A stretch of 64,000 nt of DNA from Vicugna vicugna (Eukaryota). Each line of letters begins with the position of its first letter. Positions within the stretch are counted from its first letter, which is position 1. The notes beneath the pieces were generated by a model. The model saw only the letters and a list, made by a program, of their open reading frames with translations, made no database searches and was not told the DNA's origin. This document shows positions 1 through 12,239 of the stretch, in pieces. The position numbers were made by a program, and so were the translations under genes. The stretch lies in assembly GCA_013265495.1 (NCBI GenBank), contig MU058423.1:633061-697060 (forward strand), in the 5' to 3' direction.

Positions 1-1180
1 AAGCTATACTTGCTTCCCAGACCAGTGAGGAAATAATGAGATGCACTTTGTAAATGTACTTTGTAAATGCTAACATGCTTTACAAATATAAGTTATTTTT
101 GGTTAAAATGAAATATTAGACCAAAGCTCTGTTTGCTACATTCCTCTTACTTCTCCTGATCCCAGCTCTTTAGAGAAAATCTCTTGGTCGTGAAGTCAAA
201 TGTCAGAAAAGGTCCTCGTTGTGCTCTGTGACTTGCAAAACAAATTCTTCAAGTAAAAGAGGCCCATTCTTTTTTTTTTTTTTTGTCTCCAGGGTCTACA
301 TGAAGAACCATGATAACTCCAGTTAATAGGTGCATGAAACTTCTTCAGTTTTAGTTTAAAAATCAGTTTTTAGTATGCCTCCTGTGTGTGCACAATAACA
401 ATTCTTGGGCGACGCTTTTGAATAGATGCATGCCCATTTTATAAACAAACTGTCTGGGCACAGAATCATCTAGCATTTAAGTGGCAGATCCAGGACCCGA
501 CTGGAAGTCTTTTTAACCACAAATCCCAGTCTTTCCAGTACTGTTCCCCACACTGCACTGACTCCCTGTGATCATACTTAGGTTGTAGGTCGGAGAGGGA
601 CTCAGGTCCCTTGTACAAGAGTTTGCACATATCAGCCCCACTATATTAGAAAAATCTGCCATCCTAGGGGAGAATCTGTTACAGAGTCCAGATTAATGAA
701 TTAGTTAATGTTTAACCCACCCAAGAGTCACAGATTCTACTCTCAGGGAACTCTCATGTACACAAGACTAAGTCATAGTCAACAAGGGTCTCCATAAAAC
801 TGTAGTGTCAGATTGTGTTTGTTTGTGGTGGTGATGATCACCATTCGGTTGGAAAAGGAGCTGGATCAATCCGGGAACCTTCCTGGAGAAGGTGACCCTT
901 GAAATTTAAAGACAGTAGGTAGAGTGACAAATATTCTCTAGATTAGGATGACTAGGACTCAAAGAAATGGACTGGAAGTGGAGACAAGGGAGTATATGTT
1001 TCCCTGCTCTACAGCCTATGGATTTTCCACTCCACCTTAACTGTAATATAAACTTGAAATAGACCCAGTTTAACTGTAAGCTAATATTTACATAATGTGC
1101 TAGTACATAATGTGCTGGCAAAGCACTTTGATTGTTGCTATTTTTCAGGATTTAATCTTCACAGAAGTTTTGTCAAATAG

Positions 1181-1709
1181 TGTCTTCATCTGGGTTTCCC
1201 TGAAAGCAGAGCCTGAGATGAAAGCTCTTGCAGTACCCACTTATTAGGGCATCAAGCCCAGGGAGCAGGAATGAGAGAAGATGGGAGATAACCAGGGAAA
1301 GAGAGAGCACCAATACATGGATGCAGGATGGGGCTGGCAGCTGTTGCATGTGACTGACGGTTTGATTTCATGGCATAGCTCTCTGAGAAGCTATGTAAAT
1401 TACATCTAAGGATAGTCAGTCTGGGAGGAAACAGGGGAAAAAATGTATCCACTGACTCCTTTCTCTAACTAGTCAAAGATTTGCCCTTTAGAACATTAAT
1501 TCCACCCCCCTTTTGGTGTCAAATATGTGAGTGCCCAGCAGATCTTGCAGCATTCTAAGCCTTGGAGACGACAAGAAAGCTCAGTATAGGAAGGTGAGAT
1601 ATCGTACGACTATATCCACTTAGAGTTGGTAAAATCCCATGCAGAGCTAGTTAACATAGTGATGACTGAAACAAGGGACAGAAGTGGTACAGAAGAGGGG
1701 TCTGATACA
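1181..1709 (-). mobile_element. 3' LTR of ERVL provirus
   Basis: tgtcttcatctgggtttccctgaaagcagagcctgaga resembles the reverse complement of LTR16/LTR33 3' ends. TG...CA termini. Adjacent to the PPT. Confidence 0.85.
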
Positions 1710-1721
1710 GTCCACCCCTTT
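1710..1721 (-). other. Polypurine tract of ERVL
   Basis: gtccaccccttt reads aaaggggtggac on minus, immediately before the LTR start TGTATCAGA; a typical ERVL PPT. Confidence 0.85.
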
Positions 1722-2099
1722 CACTACTCAGATCTTCTTGTGCTCCTGATTATATCTGGATCCTATTTTATAATATGGAGCCTCCATTTTTATGAGAACA
1801 GAATTACCTTAATTCTCCCCTAAGAAGTGAGGTACAAGTCCAAATAACCTGAGAGTCTTTTTTAAGGTGGTGGCCAGGAGCAAAAGACTGAAAGCAGGAG
1901 GGTTAATGAAACAAGCGAGAGTCCCTTTTACTAGTTCTAATTCCAAACCAGAGTATGATTGATACTCATGATTTCCCTCCTCCATCATCTATTCTAGCTA
2001 GATTTCCCTTAAACTTGGTCAACACTTCAGTTGGTCTGGATTGCTTGTCTGGTGGAGTGACACAGACTTTCATCCACAAGAAGTCTGAGCTCTTGTAGA

Positions 2100-2450
2100 G
2101 GTATAGTTGTTTCAGCTGCCCATTTACCATCGTCACTTGTCACAGAAGCACTAGAGATTTCCTAGTAAAGTTTCTTAGCTCCCCAGCATATTCCCCCTGC
2201 CCCCTCCCTCCTCCTATTCTCATTAGTTAGAAGCAACTCTGGAGTCTCACAGTAAGCAATTTTGATTAACCTTACAAGTTCAGGAATTTGGTGGCTGGTC
2301 TATTGGCATGAGGACCCCAAAGAGCAGGCGACAGTCACAGTTTCAAGTTCAGTGTAGTCCTTACTGTGTCCTTGAGTGGAAGCTTACCCCACTGTCTCTT
2401 GATAAATAAGTTCTCCTACCTAGTAGAAGCTAAAGTTGCAGGGTGGAGCC
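2100..2450 (-). pseudogene. ERVL dUTPase-region remnant (frameshifted)
   Basis: Minus strand reads approximately LPLKDTVRTTLNLKL*LSP..FGVLMP, similar to the ERVL dUTPase LPPGDTTMIPLNWKLRLPPGHFGLL. Confidence 0.6.
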
Positions 2451-3869
2451 AGTGAGAGTGAGGGTGAGAGGGCCAAGCCCACTTCCATCTCTTGGCTCCT
2501 GAGTCCATGTATTGTAGCTGTTGGATCCCAGCAACATATAATGGCCTTTGGCTCAACATATACTACATTCTAAAGGAGAATGTTCTGAATTTATAAGTAT
2601 TATTCCTAAACTGGGACTTAAGATGAGTCTTTAACCGATTATTCCCTCAATCTACTAGGTCAGCAGATTTGATTGACAGGGTACCTGATAAAAGCAATAA
2701 AACTAATGGTCACATGTTCATTGCCACACCTCTTTTGTTGTAAAATAAGTCCTTTGGTCTTAGCAATGTCATATGGGATACCATGTTGGTAAGTTAGACA
2801 TGTATAAGCTCTCAGTGCTGCTATTCAGAAGGAATTGATCAGTAATAATGGTTCCTGTCTCCTCCAGGGTGGAAAGGGTCCAGTGCAATTGACCCACTAC
2901 CATGTGGTTGACCAGTCTGTTTGAATAATAGTATTATATCAAAGGATTAGTGCATTGGCAATGTGTAGACCAGCCTTGGTGAGTGACAGCTCATACTGTC
3001 TATCCCCGTTACCATGTTCACTTAGTTAGTGGGATCATTGTGCCATCACTGGAATGGCTGTAGAAAAGCTTGGCAACAATCACAAGATGTGACACCCATT
3101 TACCTGATTGTTCAGAGCCTTCTCTGTGGTGAATACTCTGGTGGGCATTAACTCAAACAGGAAGATCTGCATGCTTTGTTCCCATTCCTTAAGACTTCAT
3201 CCTCTAATTTTCCAAACTTTCTCCTTTTCAATGCTTGACTAACCAGCCAAGTCAATTACCAATACCAAAAAGTATGTGTGTGTATATATATACACACACA
3301 CACACTTCAGGCCACTTCTCCCTCCATCCAAATGGATGAACAAGTGTACTGCTCCCAGGTGTGTCCTCTAGGACAATTTCTCTTCTCCATCACACTTAGG
3401 GCCATCCCTGAATGGGGCTGTATTGTGACAGCAGTTCATTTCCTGTTAGCATCAATATACTGTGTTGAGTCATCTGTGAACCTGGATGACATTTTTTGCT
3501 CCTCCATCAGTTGTCATAGGGAAACCCCCATGAGGCCATAGGTTTGAGAGGAGGAAGAGACATCTGTGCACTAGAGGTAAATGGTATGGAACTCTGGGCC
3601 ACGTATCCATGTGATTTATTTGGTCTTTTTGAGCTTGCTTGATTCTAAAAATATAATTTCTATTAGACAGTTGATTGTTACTGTGTTCTCTTGACCTTAT
3701 GGCTTGGTGGATATGATAATTTTCAGCTCATGATGGGTAGCTCAGGTCACATAATCACTTTATAATCCAAGGTCAGGCATTTAGTTTCTGCTAGGATCCA
3801 GTAGCATACCAGGAGCTGTTTTTCAAATGAAAAGTAGTTCTCTGCTGCAGAAGGTGTGGCCTTTTTTTC

Positions 3870-4800
3870 AGTTCTGCACTTTAATTTTCCTGTTGAAGCT
3901 TGCCAATTGTAACCTTGTCCACCACGGATATCCTGAACACCACTGGATCTGCTGAGTCATACATCCCCAATGGCAGTAGGTTATTCTGCCTCTGGGGCTG
4001 GTATAGAGCTCTCTTGTTCTTGGCCCTATTTGAAACTGACAGCTTTCTGAGTCATCCAAAATTTTGGTCAGAGCATTATTCTCTAGTGTGGTATATTCTA
4101 TCCTCAAATCCAAAGAAGCCTATCAGCACTGGCTTTCTTCAATGGTAAGAAGTACAAAGTGTAGCAAGTTGACCTTTACCTTAGAGAGAATGTTCTGGTA
4201 TGCCCCAAACCACTGGACTTGTGAAACTTTACCAATATATCAGGCCCTTGAGTCTTCCTGTGGCTTCTCTCTCATCTTTTAGCATGCACATGTCTTGGGG
4301 GCATCTAGAATAGTTGCTTCTTCCTGCTCACTGAGTCCAGTTGGTAAGATGTTATTAAGAGTGTACCATAATAATGTTTTGTGAAATTTTAAGGTGATCA
4401 AAATCTCTGTGGACTATATTGTGACGGAGAGTTAACATAGCCCTGAAGAAAGACAATTGCTGTCTCTATCATAAACAGATAACTGCTTTTATCCTCTTTT
4501 TGATGGGAATTGAGAACTATGTATTAGCCAGCTCAATAGCTCATACCAAAGGCTGCGTGAGTCTGCATCAACAGAGATATCACACCCAGGACAGCAACTC
4601 TGATTGGAGTTACTGTTTACTTAAGGTTGTCGACCATCAAATGCCTACATTCATCTGTGTTTTGTAGGGACCACTCAGGTAAACTAAATGAAGGTCTGAT
4701 GAGACCATCACTCTTGCATCTTTTAAATCATTGATGGTGGCACTACGCTCTGCAGTTTCTTCTGGTCTATGCGTCTGATTACTGTTTTGGTCAGTGCAGA
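3870..4800 (-). pseudogene. ERVL pol (reverse transcriptase) remnant
   Basis: Minus strand gives FLQGYVNSP..HNIVHRDFDHLKISQNIIMVH (cf. LPQGYINSP...LVHYIDD) and MTQKAVSFK*GQEQERAL (cf. VTRKAASFEWGPEQEKAL). Stops and frameshifts present; the YxDD motif is destroyed. Confidence 0.85.
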
Positions 4801-5418
4801 AGGTAGGGAGTCAGTCTATTTCAGAGGCTTTTACTTGGCCATGACTTCCATTAATGACCCTTATTTCATAGGTCAGAGAACAATTGTGAGGACTCAGCCA
4901 GCTGCTAAGTACCTCTACCCCAATTATACCCTTGGAGACCAGGGATACAACCATAGAATGGGTCTGCAGACTAGGACTAAGGCCAGGATTCTGTGTATCA
5001 CCTGGCTTCCATGAACTCTCTACCTTCAGGACTGTGATGGCCTTTCACGTCCCATGGGTCAGTGTCAGAATCCATATACAGCAGTTCTTGAAAGGTCAGG
5101 GTATTTGCTTTTCCCTAGTGTGGATATGCTCTAGCAAAGGGCCACGTGTCCCTGTTGGGAATCAGAGGAATATTTACCACGTGTACGTACAGTGTCATTG
5201 CATGGTTCTCACTCAAGGACACCCAGTCCTATCTTCAATCAGGGGGCTCTGTGTCTGTGTGCTGCCTTAGATCAAGAAAGTAAATAGAGACCATGACTCT
5301 CCACTTTGATGGCTGAATGACAGCCTTCTGCTCACCAGCTCTTGAACATTTTTTTTATACACAAGTTGAGAAACACTCTCAAAGACTCTAGGAGCATCAT
5401 GATATATTAGCCACTTCC

Positions 5419-5629
5419 CAGTGGTGTGCTGAAGCCAGTTCATATCAGTTCACAAGAACGGAATGTACATGTCTCTTCTCAACTTGATGGTCAGTGAAGT
5501 CAGATGGGTAGCTTGAAAATGGCCACGATGGGACTATTTCCACCATGGAACCTGGCAAATGCTACAAATAAGGTCTTTGTTTTCCTTCAGAGAGCTGGTT
5601 GTTAAACACCTGCCAGCATATCACCACTG
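5419..5629 (+). mobile_element. MER63A-like hAT-Blackjack DNA transposon nested in the ERVL
   Basis: TIRs cagtggtgtgctg ... ccagcatatcaccactg. Internal ggtagcttgaaaatggccacgatgggactatttccaccatgg matches MER63. Confidence 0.85.
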
Positions 5630-5749
5630 TCATAGGTTCCTAACATCCAAAGCAATCTGATTTCTACTCTGGCCTTGCTGCCCAATACAGTAATTATGTC
5701 CACCAAGCCTCTAATGGTTAAATGCAGCCACTTAACTTTTACCACCCCT

Positions 5750-5965
5750 CTATCCTATCAAATTCATTGCTGCTAGGAATCTCAGTTCCATGGCAGCCTC
5801 TCCTAACAGCAATTTTAGTTTACAGGGAAAAACCACTGCTAAGCTTCTCAGAGATGCTACTGCCCCCCTCACCCAAGTGTTCCTTAATGCTTTCGTGAAG
5901 GGATTGTTGTCTAGGCCGTCCTGGAGGACATGCTTAGCTGGGTTCTTAAGTCTTATAAAGGGCAT
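5750..5965 (-). pseudogene. ERVL gag remnant
   Basis: ORF fragment NPFTKALRNTWVRGAVASLRSL...AAMNLIG resembles ERVL gag PFTNALRNRFVRGAPASLKS...AMGIIG. Confidence 0.85.
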
Positions 5966-6850
5966 CCTTTATTAAACATTCCTGCTCTCTTGATCCCTTG
6001 TGATCCTTTCTTCAGAACCACACCAAGGAAGTTCCAAAATCTCCACCTGATTTACTGTAGGCCATGTGACTGTGCTTCACTGCTCAAGCTGTGCTGAGAT
6101 CTGATCCTGGTTCTTTTCCTGGGGGCTCTGAGGGATAGCAGAGGATTTGGAAGAGAACAGTCATCATTTTGCAAAGCATCTGCCTCAAGTGAAGTTGTTA
6201 CGAGCTCCCCAGGCAAGAAGAGGCTCTTCTCCCCTAGCAAGGGAGAAGGAACTACTTTTGCCAGCTCGCAGGGTTCTGAGGAATCTGAGGGTTCAAGGTT
6301 CTCAGACCTACCCACTCAAACGCCCCCAGTGCAGGTTTTACAATCTCTCTTTTTTCCTACATGAGCCCTGAGTCTGATGGAGGAGAGTGGAAGCTGGGCA
6401 TGTATTCTTATTGGCAGGCATGGCACCCTTACAGTTAGACCCTGGGCTTGGTTCAGCATTGTGTGTCCTGAAGCTTTAGGCAATGAAAGTCTCCTTATAG
6501 CTGCCATGAAAGGCCTCTGGCTTTCACATGCTGCTTTGAGCTGGCAGCTTCCCCGCCCTTTCATTTTCTCTACTCAAGGTTTCCATTGCAGTTAACAAAA
6601 GCCAGCTCACTCCATATAATTATCAGTGCTTCTCTACTTTTCCAGTACCACAGCCCTCACAAATGTCAGTACCTCATCCTGCACTTCATCTCCAAACATG
6701 AAGTGAAGGTTCAGTATTTTTATTTCACTGTGTGGCCCAGGTTATCTCCACCCTGATCGCTCTTAGCAGTGGGATCCTTATTGCCATCAGACGCTGAGTA
6801 ATCCACCTCTAAAATCCCATCCTGAGAGTCTACTTTCTAGGGGTAGCTTT

Positions 6851-6867
6851 TTACTCCTGTTACCAAC
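6851..6867 (-). other. Primer-binding site (tRNA-Leu type, degenerate)
   Basis: Minus strand gttggtaacaggagtaa follows the 5' LTR end ...agaca; ERVL consensus is approximately TGGTACCAGGAGTGG. Confidence 0.75.
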
Positions 6868-7447
6868 TGTCTTAGCTTGAGTTAAGAAAACAGAAACTGA
6901 AAATGGAAAGTAGAGACGGGGGTTTATATGCTGTTACTTTGTTAGCAAGTGTAATCCCAGGGAGTAATGAGATCAAGATGGGTGGTGCAGGGAAGGGGAG
7001 AGTTACTTCCAGGGTATGTTATCAACTGGCTGATATAAAGTGTGACTGATTACTTGACTTCACAGCATAGTGTGAGAGAAGCCACGTAAGTAACATATCT
7101 GCAACATTCATCCAGAGAGAACTGAGGAAGAATTTACTCATGGGCTCCATCACCTAGTGGTCGAGATTTTGCCCCCTAGGCACTAACTCCCCTGGATTTC
7201 TGGGTGGCATGTGTGTGTGTACCAAGCTGGGTCCTGAGATATTCCATGCCATGATGTCAACAGGAAAGCCCTAATTTAGGAGGCAAGAGTTGTGCAGCTG
7301 GGGCACAAGGCAAGGCACTGTTAGGCTGTAGCTACGGAAAGTCAGATGGAGCTCAGAGAAACCTGGTAGTTTCAGTGGTACATGAGATGAAGGTACACTG
7401 GGGGAGGCCAGGGTGATCTGAAGTGGCACGTAAGAGAGTCTGATACA
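6868..7447 (-). mobile_element. 5' LTR of ERVL provirus
   Basis: Shares termini and internal blocks with 1181-1709 (gaagtggcacgtaagagagtctgataca vs gaagtggtacagaagaggggtctgataca). Confidence 0.85.
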
Positions 7448-7606
7448 GGTAGGTAGACTGGACTGTGAGTTCCTTGGTGGTAGAGACCATGTCTTATTCA
7501 TCTCAAAATTAATGATTTAATTAACATGATTCCTGGCACACAGTTTTATTGATCAGTAAATATCTGTTAATGTCAGTTAAGTGAGTGGCATTATTTTCTC
7601 CATTTT

Positions 7607-7777
7607 TCCCCCAGTCTTATTGAAATATAATTGACATACATCACTGTGTATAGCCTAATGGTTTGACTTACACATTATGCGAAATGATTACCGCGATAAG
7701 TTTAGCTAGCATTCATCATCTTACACAGATACCATAAAAAGAAAAAGCAAAAGAAGAAAAAGCATCGTGTGATGAGA
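7607..7777 (-). mobile_element. Short L1 3' end (L1MA9-like) inserted into a MIR
   Basis: ttattgaaatataattgacatacatcactg... Identical 14-bp TSD attttctccatttt at 7593-7606 and 7778-7791. MIR continues with acagatgcagaaaacaaggctcag. Confidence 0.8.
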
Positions 7778-9049
7778 ATTTTCTCCATTTTACAGATGCA
7801 GAAAACAAGGCTCAGATGGGGCCACCGACATTCCCAAATCGAACATACTTGGTTGGATAAAGGAGCGGAGGCAGGAACTCTGGATTTTCTCTTAGCTGTG
7901 CTGAAGGTAATCAACTCCCAATCAGCCCCTCAATGGCCATTCCTTGGGAGAGTTCAAATTTCATTTGGCTTTCCCAAGCCAGCTCCTTCCAGAACTCAAA
8001 TAAGCATTGGAAGGTAAACTGGTGACCAGCCATGGTTTCATGGGATGTTTTCCAAAACACAAGATCATCCCAATCAAAGGGCCTGAGAGCAAACATTAAT
8101 GAACTTTAGTTCAGTCCCTACGAACCAAGGAAGCCCTGGGCTGACCATGTTTATGTGACCTCCAAACAGAGGGTTGTCCCTGCAGGGCTGACTTCACGTC
8201 CCTCGCTGCTCTTCTCATGCCCAGTTGACTGCGTTGTCCCCTCTCCATAGTGGCCAAACCACAGGCCCCTCCGTCTTCCTGGCCTCAGGAGCCTTGATCG
8301 ACCTCAACCTTCCCCAAGACCTGGCAGGGGAGAGGCAGCATCGACTCCTTAATAAGCTGTCACTGGAGATGAAAGATGAGTCTGCAGAAGCTCAGAGCAT
8401 TCCAGCTCCCCAGCCTGCCAAGTGCAGGGAGGGCAGGCATCAGGAGAGAAGTACCTTCCAGGGCAGGTTTCTGTGGACCCAGCAGTAAAGGCAGCTGCCT
8501 CCTCCTTCCGCCCTCCCCCTCTTGCCCCTAAGTGCTCCCTCCGTGACATCACCGTCTGCAGCAGACTGTTCAGCTGCCTTTTTTCCAGCAAGACAATTTG
8601 TTGTGTGGTCTGGGGGCACAGCTTACTCCTCTTTGCAGCAAATGGTGGGTCAACAGTATTTTCCAAGTTGGGTGTGACAGGACCCTAAGTAGAAACAGAT
8701 TTCCCAAAGCCCCCAAACACTTTGTCCTCCTGAGCTGGGAGGATCAGCATCCTTCCGGGTAGATGTCCGGCAGTTTCCATTCTGCCCGAGCACTGGCCCT
8801 CATCTTTCATACCAGAAGCTCAATAAGATGATGGGCTTTCCCTTTTGAAACCACCACGCTGGTTAGAGGTTAAATGTTTGCATGCAGGAACGACATCCAA
8901 GATCAGGCTAAAATCTTTGGAATCTGTACATGTTCCTATTTAAGCGCTCAGGATGCTAACCTCTCTCTGCGCCTTTCCAACCCCAACCCCAAAGCCCTTG
9001 CACCAAGCAGCCGGGGCTCATAACTGCCGCTTCCAGAGTTTGGAAAGGG

Positions 9050-9260
9050 TTGGGCACTGTGCTAAGCATTTTACAGACAGCATTTCATTTCACCTTCACA
9101 ATAATGCTATTTGGTAAATTGTTTTTGTCAGTCACAAGAAGGAGGTGTTTGAAGGCCAGAGAGCTGAGTGATTTACACCATGTCATTCAGTCTGAAAATG
9201 GCAAAATCCAACTTGAATTCAGGTCTGCAGATTCTATACCCCATTCTCTTCCCACAACCA
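9050..9260 (-). mobile_element. MIR SINE
   Basis: ggcactgtgctaagcattttaca...gaaggccagagagctgagtgatttacaccatgtca...aacttgaattcaggtctg. Confidence 0.7.
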
Positions 9261-9461
9261 CAACTCTACCTTTTAGGCAAATTAATAAATGAACAAACAC
9301 TAACTGAACACCAATTATGTACCAGGCTCTGAACTAGGAAGTTCCATGTAGTATTCTCGTTCACCTGACGACAGTCTTGTTTTACATGAGGGGGAAATGA
9401 ATTCCTGGTACTGGGATTTGAATGCTGTTTGACTCTAAGACTTTTCTTTTACTTTCTTTTT

Positions 9462-9521
9462 TCCCTCCCTCCCTCTTCCTTTCTTCCTTCCTTCCATTCT
9501 TCCTTCCTTCCTTCCCTCCCT
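9462..9521. repeat. (TTCC/TCCC)n pyrimidine-rich low-complexity tract
   Basis: Seen directly in the sequence. Confidence 0.9.
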
Positions 9522-10751
9522 CATTCCCCAATTAATTATGTATCAATTTGGCTAGGGTTAGAATCTTATTTTGGCATTGTTGAGAATTTATGCATTGTGT
9601 CTAGCTCAGTGTTTGGCAGGGGGAGGTACTTAAATAATGTTGATTCCCACCCCACCTCACCCTCAAATCATCTAGAGAAGTTTTATCCCTACTTCCTCTT
9701 TGCTCCCTGGTGAGTAGAAAAGGATAGCTCTTTCCAAGCTCAGTATGGGGGAGAGAGCTGTCCCCTCAACCTGGCTGGTGTTTCCTCTGCCTGGAGATCT
9801 GTGCCTTGCAGAGGGTCTAGCTGGGCCCTTAAAGGGACACTTGGAAGAGCTGGGGCATCCTGTCAGCACTGGGGCTCCTTTCTGCTAGTTTCTGAAGAAT
9901 TAATGAAAAGGGAAACTTTGCAGGATCTCCATACACACACTTTGTTTTTTCCTTCTTTCTTGTTTTGCAAAGAAAGGCTCCCGCTGGCCTTTTAAGCCCA
10001 CAGAGAACTTAACAAACACTTACTGCAAACCACCTTGCTTTTTACCCGCATTAAATAGCCTCCCCCACTCTGGAGATTCGTGTCCTAATCCCTGCAAAGG
10101 AGCAGCAGAGGCGGCAGGATATTGCGTCTCATTAAGTTTCTTTGCTGTGTCAGTTGTCTTTCCCAGAGTGGGATGTAATACTGTCTTCTTAATACTCAGC
10201 CCCTCTCACAAGTTGGCAGCTTCTTTCTCTCAACTTATATTCTTGGCTAAGCATGTGTTCACAGGGATTTCAAAAAAGCCTCCCCAAATTCCTGTTTACC
10301 CACTTTCTCAGAGCGTTTCCGAGACAGCACAAGGCTGTGTCGGCTCTGAGGTTTGGCTTCCTCTTGCTAATGAGGCTCAGGCTGAACACCTTCCCCAGCC
10401 CTCGCGGCGGTGGGGGCGGTGGGGGAGTGCGGCTCTGCCCTACTTCCTTTGCCCTGGACTGACCCTCACTCTCTGGCCCGCGTCCTGTCCCCACTGGAGC
10501 TGGTCGTGTCCTCCCAGTCCTTGGCCCAGATACCGCCTCTGAGTCTCCTGTCCAGATCCGGACCCAGTGTGGGTCTCCACACTTGACTTTGGAATCTCAC
10601 AGGCTCTTTGTTTAATCCTCAGGGCATCTCTGGCCTTGCCATTTCTCCCAGGTCCAGTGGTGTTCTGTACATCTTTGTTAAGAATGTTAAGAGTTCTTCT
10701 TTGATGTAAGTCCCCTGAGTTCTGAGACTGATCTGTTTTGATGAATTTTAT

Positions 10752-11358
10752 TTTCTAAATTGAAGTATAATCAATTTACGATGTTGTGTTAGTTTCTGGT
10801 GTACAGCATAGTGATTCAGTGTTTTTTGTGTTTTTTTTTTGTGTGTGTGTATATTCATATTCTTTTTCATTATAGGCCATTATAAGGTATTGAATATAGT
10901 TCCCTGTACTGTACAGTAGGACCTCATTGTTTATCTGTTTTATATATTTTATACATAGTATCTACAAATCCCAAGCTCCTAATTTATCCTTCCCTATCCG
11001 CTTTTCCGCCTGGGAGCCATAAGTTTGTTTTCTATGTCTGTGAGTCTGTCTCTGTTTTGTGAAGAAGTTCATTTGTGTCTTTTTCTTTTTTTAAGATTCC
11101 ACATGTAAATGATATCATATGGTATTTTTCTTTCTCTTTCTCTCTTTCTGGCTTATTTTACTTAGTATGATGATCTCCAGGTCCATCCATATTACTGCAA
11201 ATGGCATTATTTCATTCATTTTTTATGGCTGAGTAGTATTCCATTGTATATATACACCATACTTCTTTATCCAGTAATCTTTTTGATGGACATTTAGGGT
11301 GCTTCTGTGTCTTAGTTACTGTAAATATTGCTGCTATGAACATTGGGGTACAAGTATA
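10752..11358 (-). mobile_element. Young camelid-type L1 3' fragment (3' UTR plus ORF2 end)
   Basis: ttgaagtataatcaatttacgatgttgtgttagtttctggtgtacagcatagtgattcag. TSD ttttgatgaattttat (10736-10751) / ttttgataaattttat (11359-11374). Confidence 0.9.
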
Positions 11359-11429
11359 TTTTGATAAATTTTATGATGCTAAGTATTGGACCCTGGTTTG
11401 GGGATCTCCCCAGGAATAATAAAATAATT

Positions 11430-11635
11430 CACTTATATAGCTCAGGCACTGTTCTAAGTGCTGTATTCATTTAATCCTATAATAACCCTATAAAGGAGGT
11501 AATATTCTTCTCCCTATTTTAAAGATGAGGAAACTGAGACACAGAAAGATTAAATTACTTTCGCAGTGCCACATAAACTGGGAAGTGGTAGAGCTAGGAT
11601 CATAATCCGGTCATTCTCATGCTCTTAACCATGAC
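11430..11635 (-). mobile_element. MIR SINE
   Basis: MIR core gatgaggaaactgagacacagaaagattaa with flanking MIR sequence. Confidence 0.85.
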
Positions 11636-12239
11636 ATCAAAATTCTCTGAACCAGTGGGTACCTGAGGCTAAGCTGAGCAATGGGTCCTGGAGAAGGAAG
11701 TCTCTGATTTGCTTTCCTGGACTTTAGGGTCCATGCATGAATCCCCTCCACTCTCATCTCAACATCCTCATTTCTCCTCACTCTCATAGCGATTCTGCTC
11801 CAGCCAAGAGAAACCGCTCCCTGTCCACCATCACAACTACACCACTCTTTCTGCCATCTGTATTTGTTCATCCGCTGCCTCTTTCCTTGAATACCTTCTT
11901 CCTCGATCCCAACTGAAATCTCACTTTGCTTTCCTCCCCAAATTATTCCCAAATCTTATCTACTCCAGGAAGATATCCTTGTTTTACTCAATCCTTCCCA
12001 TTTCTTGATTCAAATTAATTTGTTGCTCTTTGGGGGCAGGATTGGGAAGAAAGCCAACTGTGAGAGTATTTTCTGGGTGGGTGACACTGGAGACGTCACT
12101 GGAAAGAATCTCGATCCAAGGTGGGACAGCCTCCTTCAAGCCCCAGGAGTCTGTTCTTCTGTCACCTCATCCAGTGCTTCATTCTTCCATGAGCAAGGCC
12201 CTGTGTTAAAATTTGGGGGTGGGGTGGAGCTAATATAAT

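Larger units (their letters stand above)
1181..7447 (-). mobile_element. Ancient near-full-length ERVL (class III) provirus, LTR16/LTR33-group (ERV3-16A3/HERV16-like), fully decayed
   Basis: Two related LTRs, both starting tgtctt and ending tctgataca on + (1181-1709, 6868-7447). PPT and PBS sit in the expected places. gag, RT and dUTPase remnants are in the correct order on the minus strand. Confidence 0.9.

Noticed and set aside
270..340. Poly(T) plus ctccag splice-acceptor-like site at 291
   Set aside because: The downstream donor (tag|gtgcat) is weak and no partner exon is evident; the poly(T) may be a retroposon tail.
5750..5965. Possible domesticated ERVL gag (Fv1-like)
   Set aside because: Only a 71-codon fragment is open; surrounding gag is disrupted by stops, frameshifts and a MER63 insertion.
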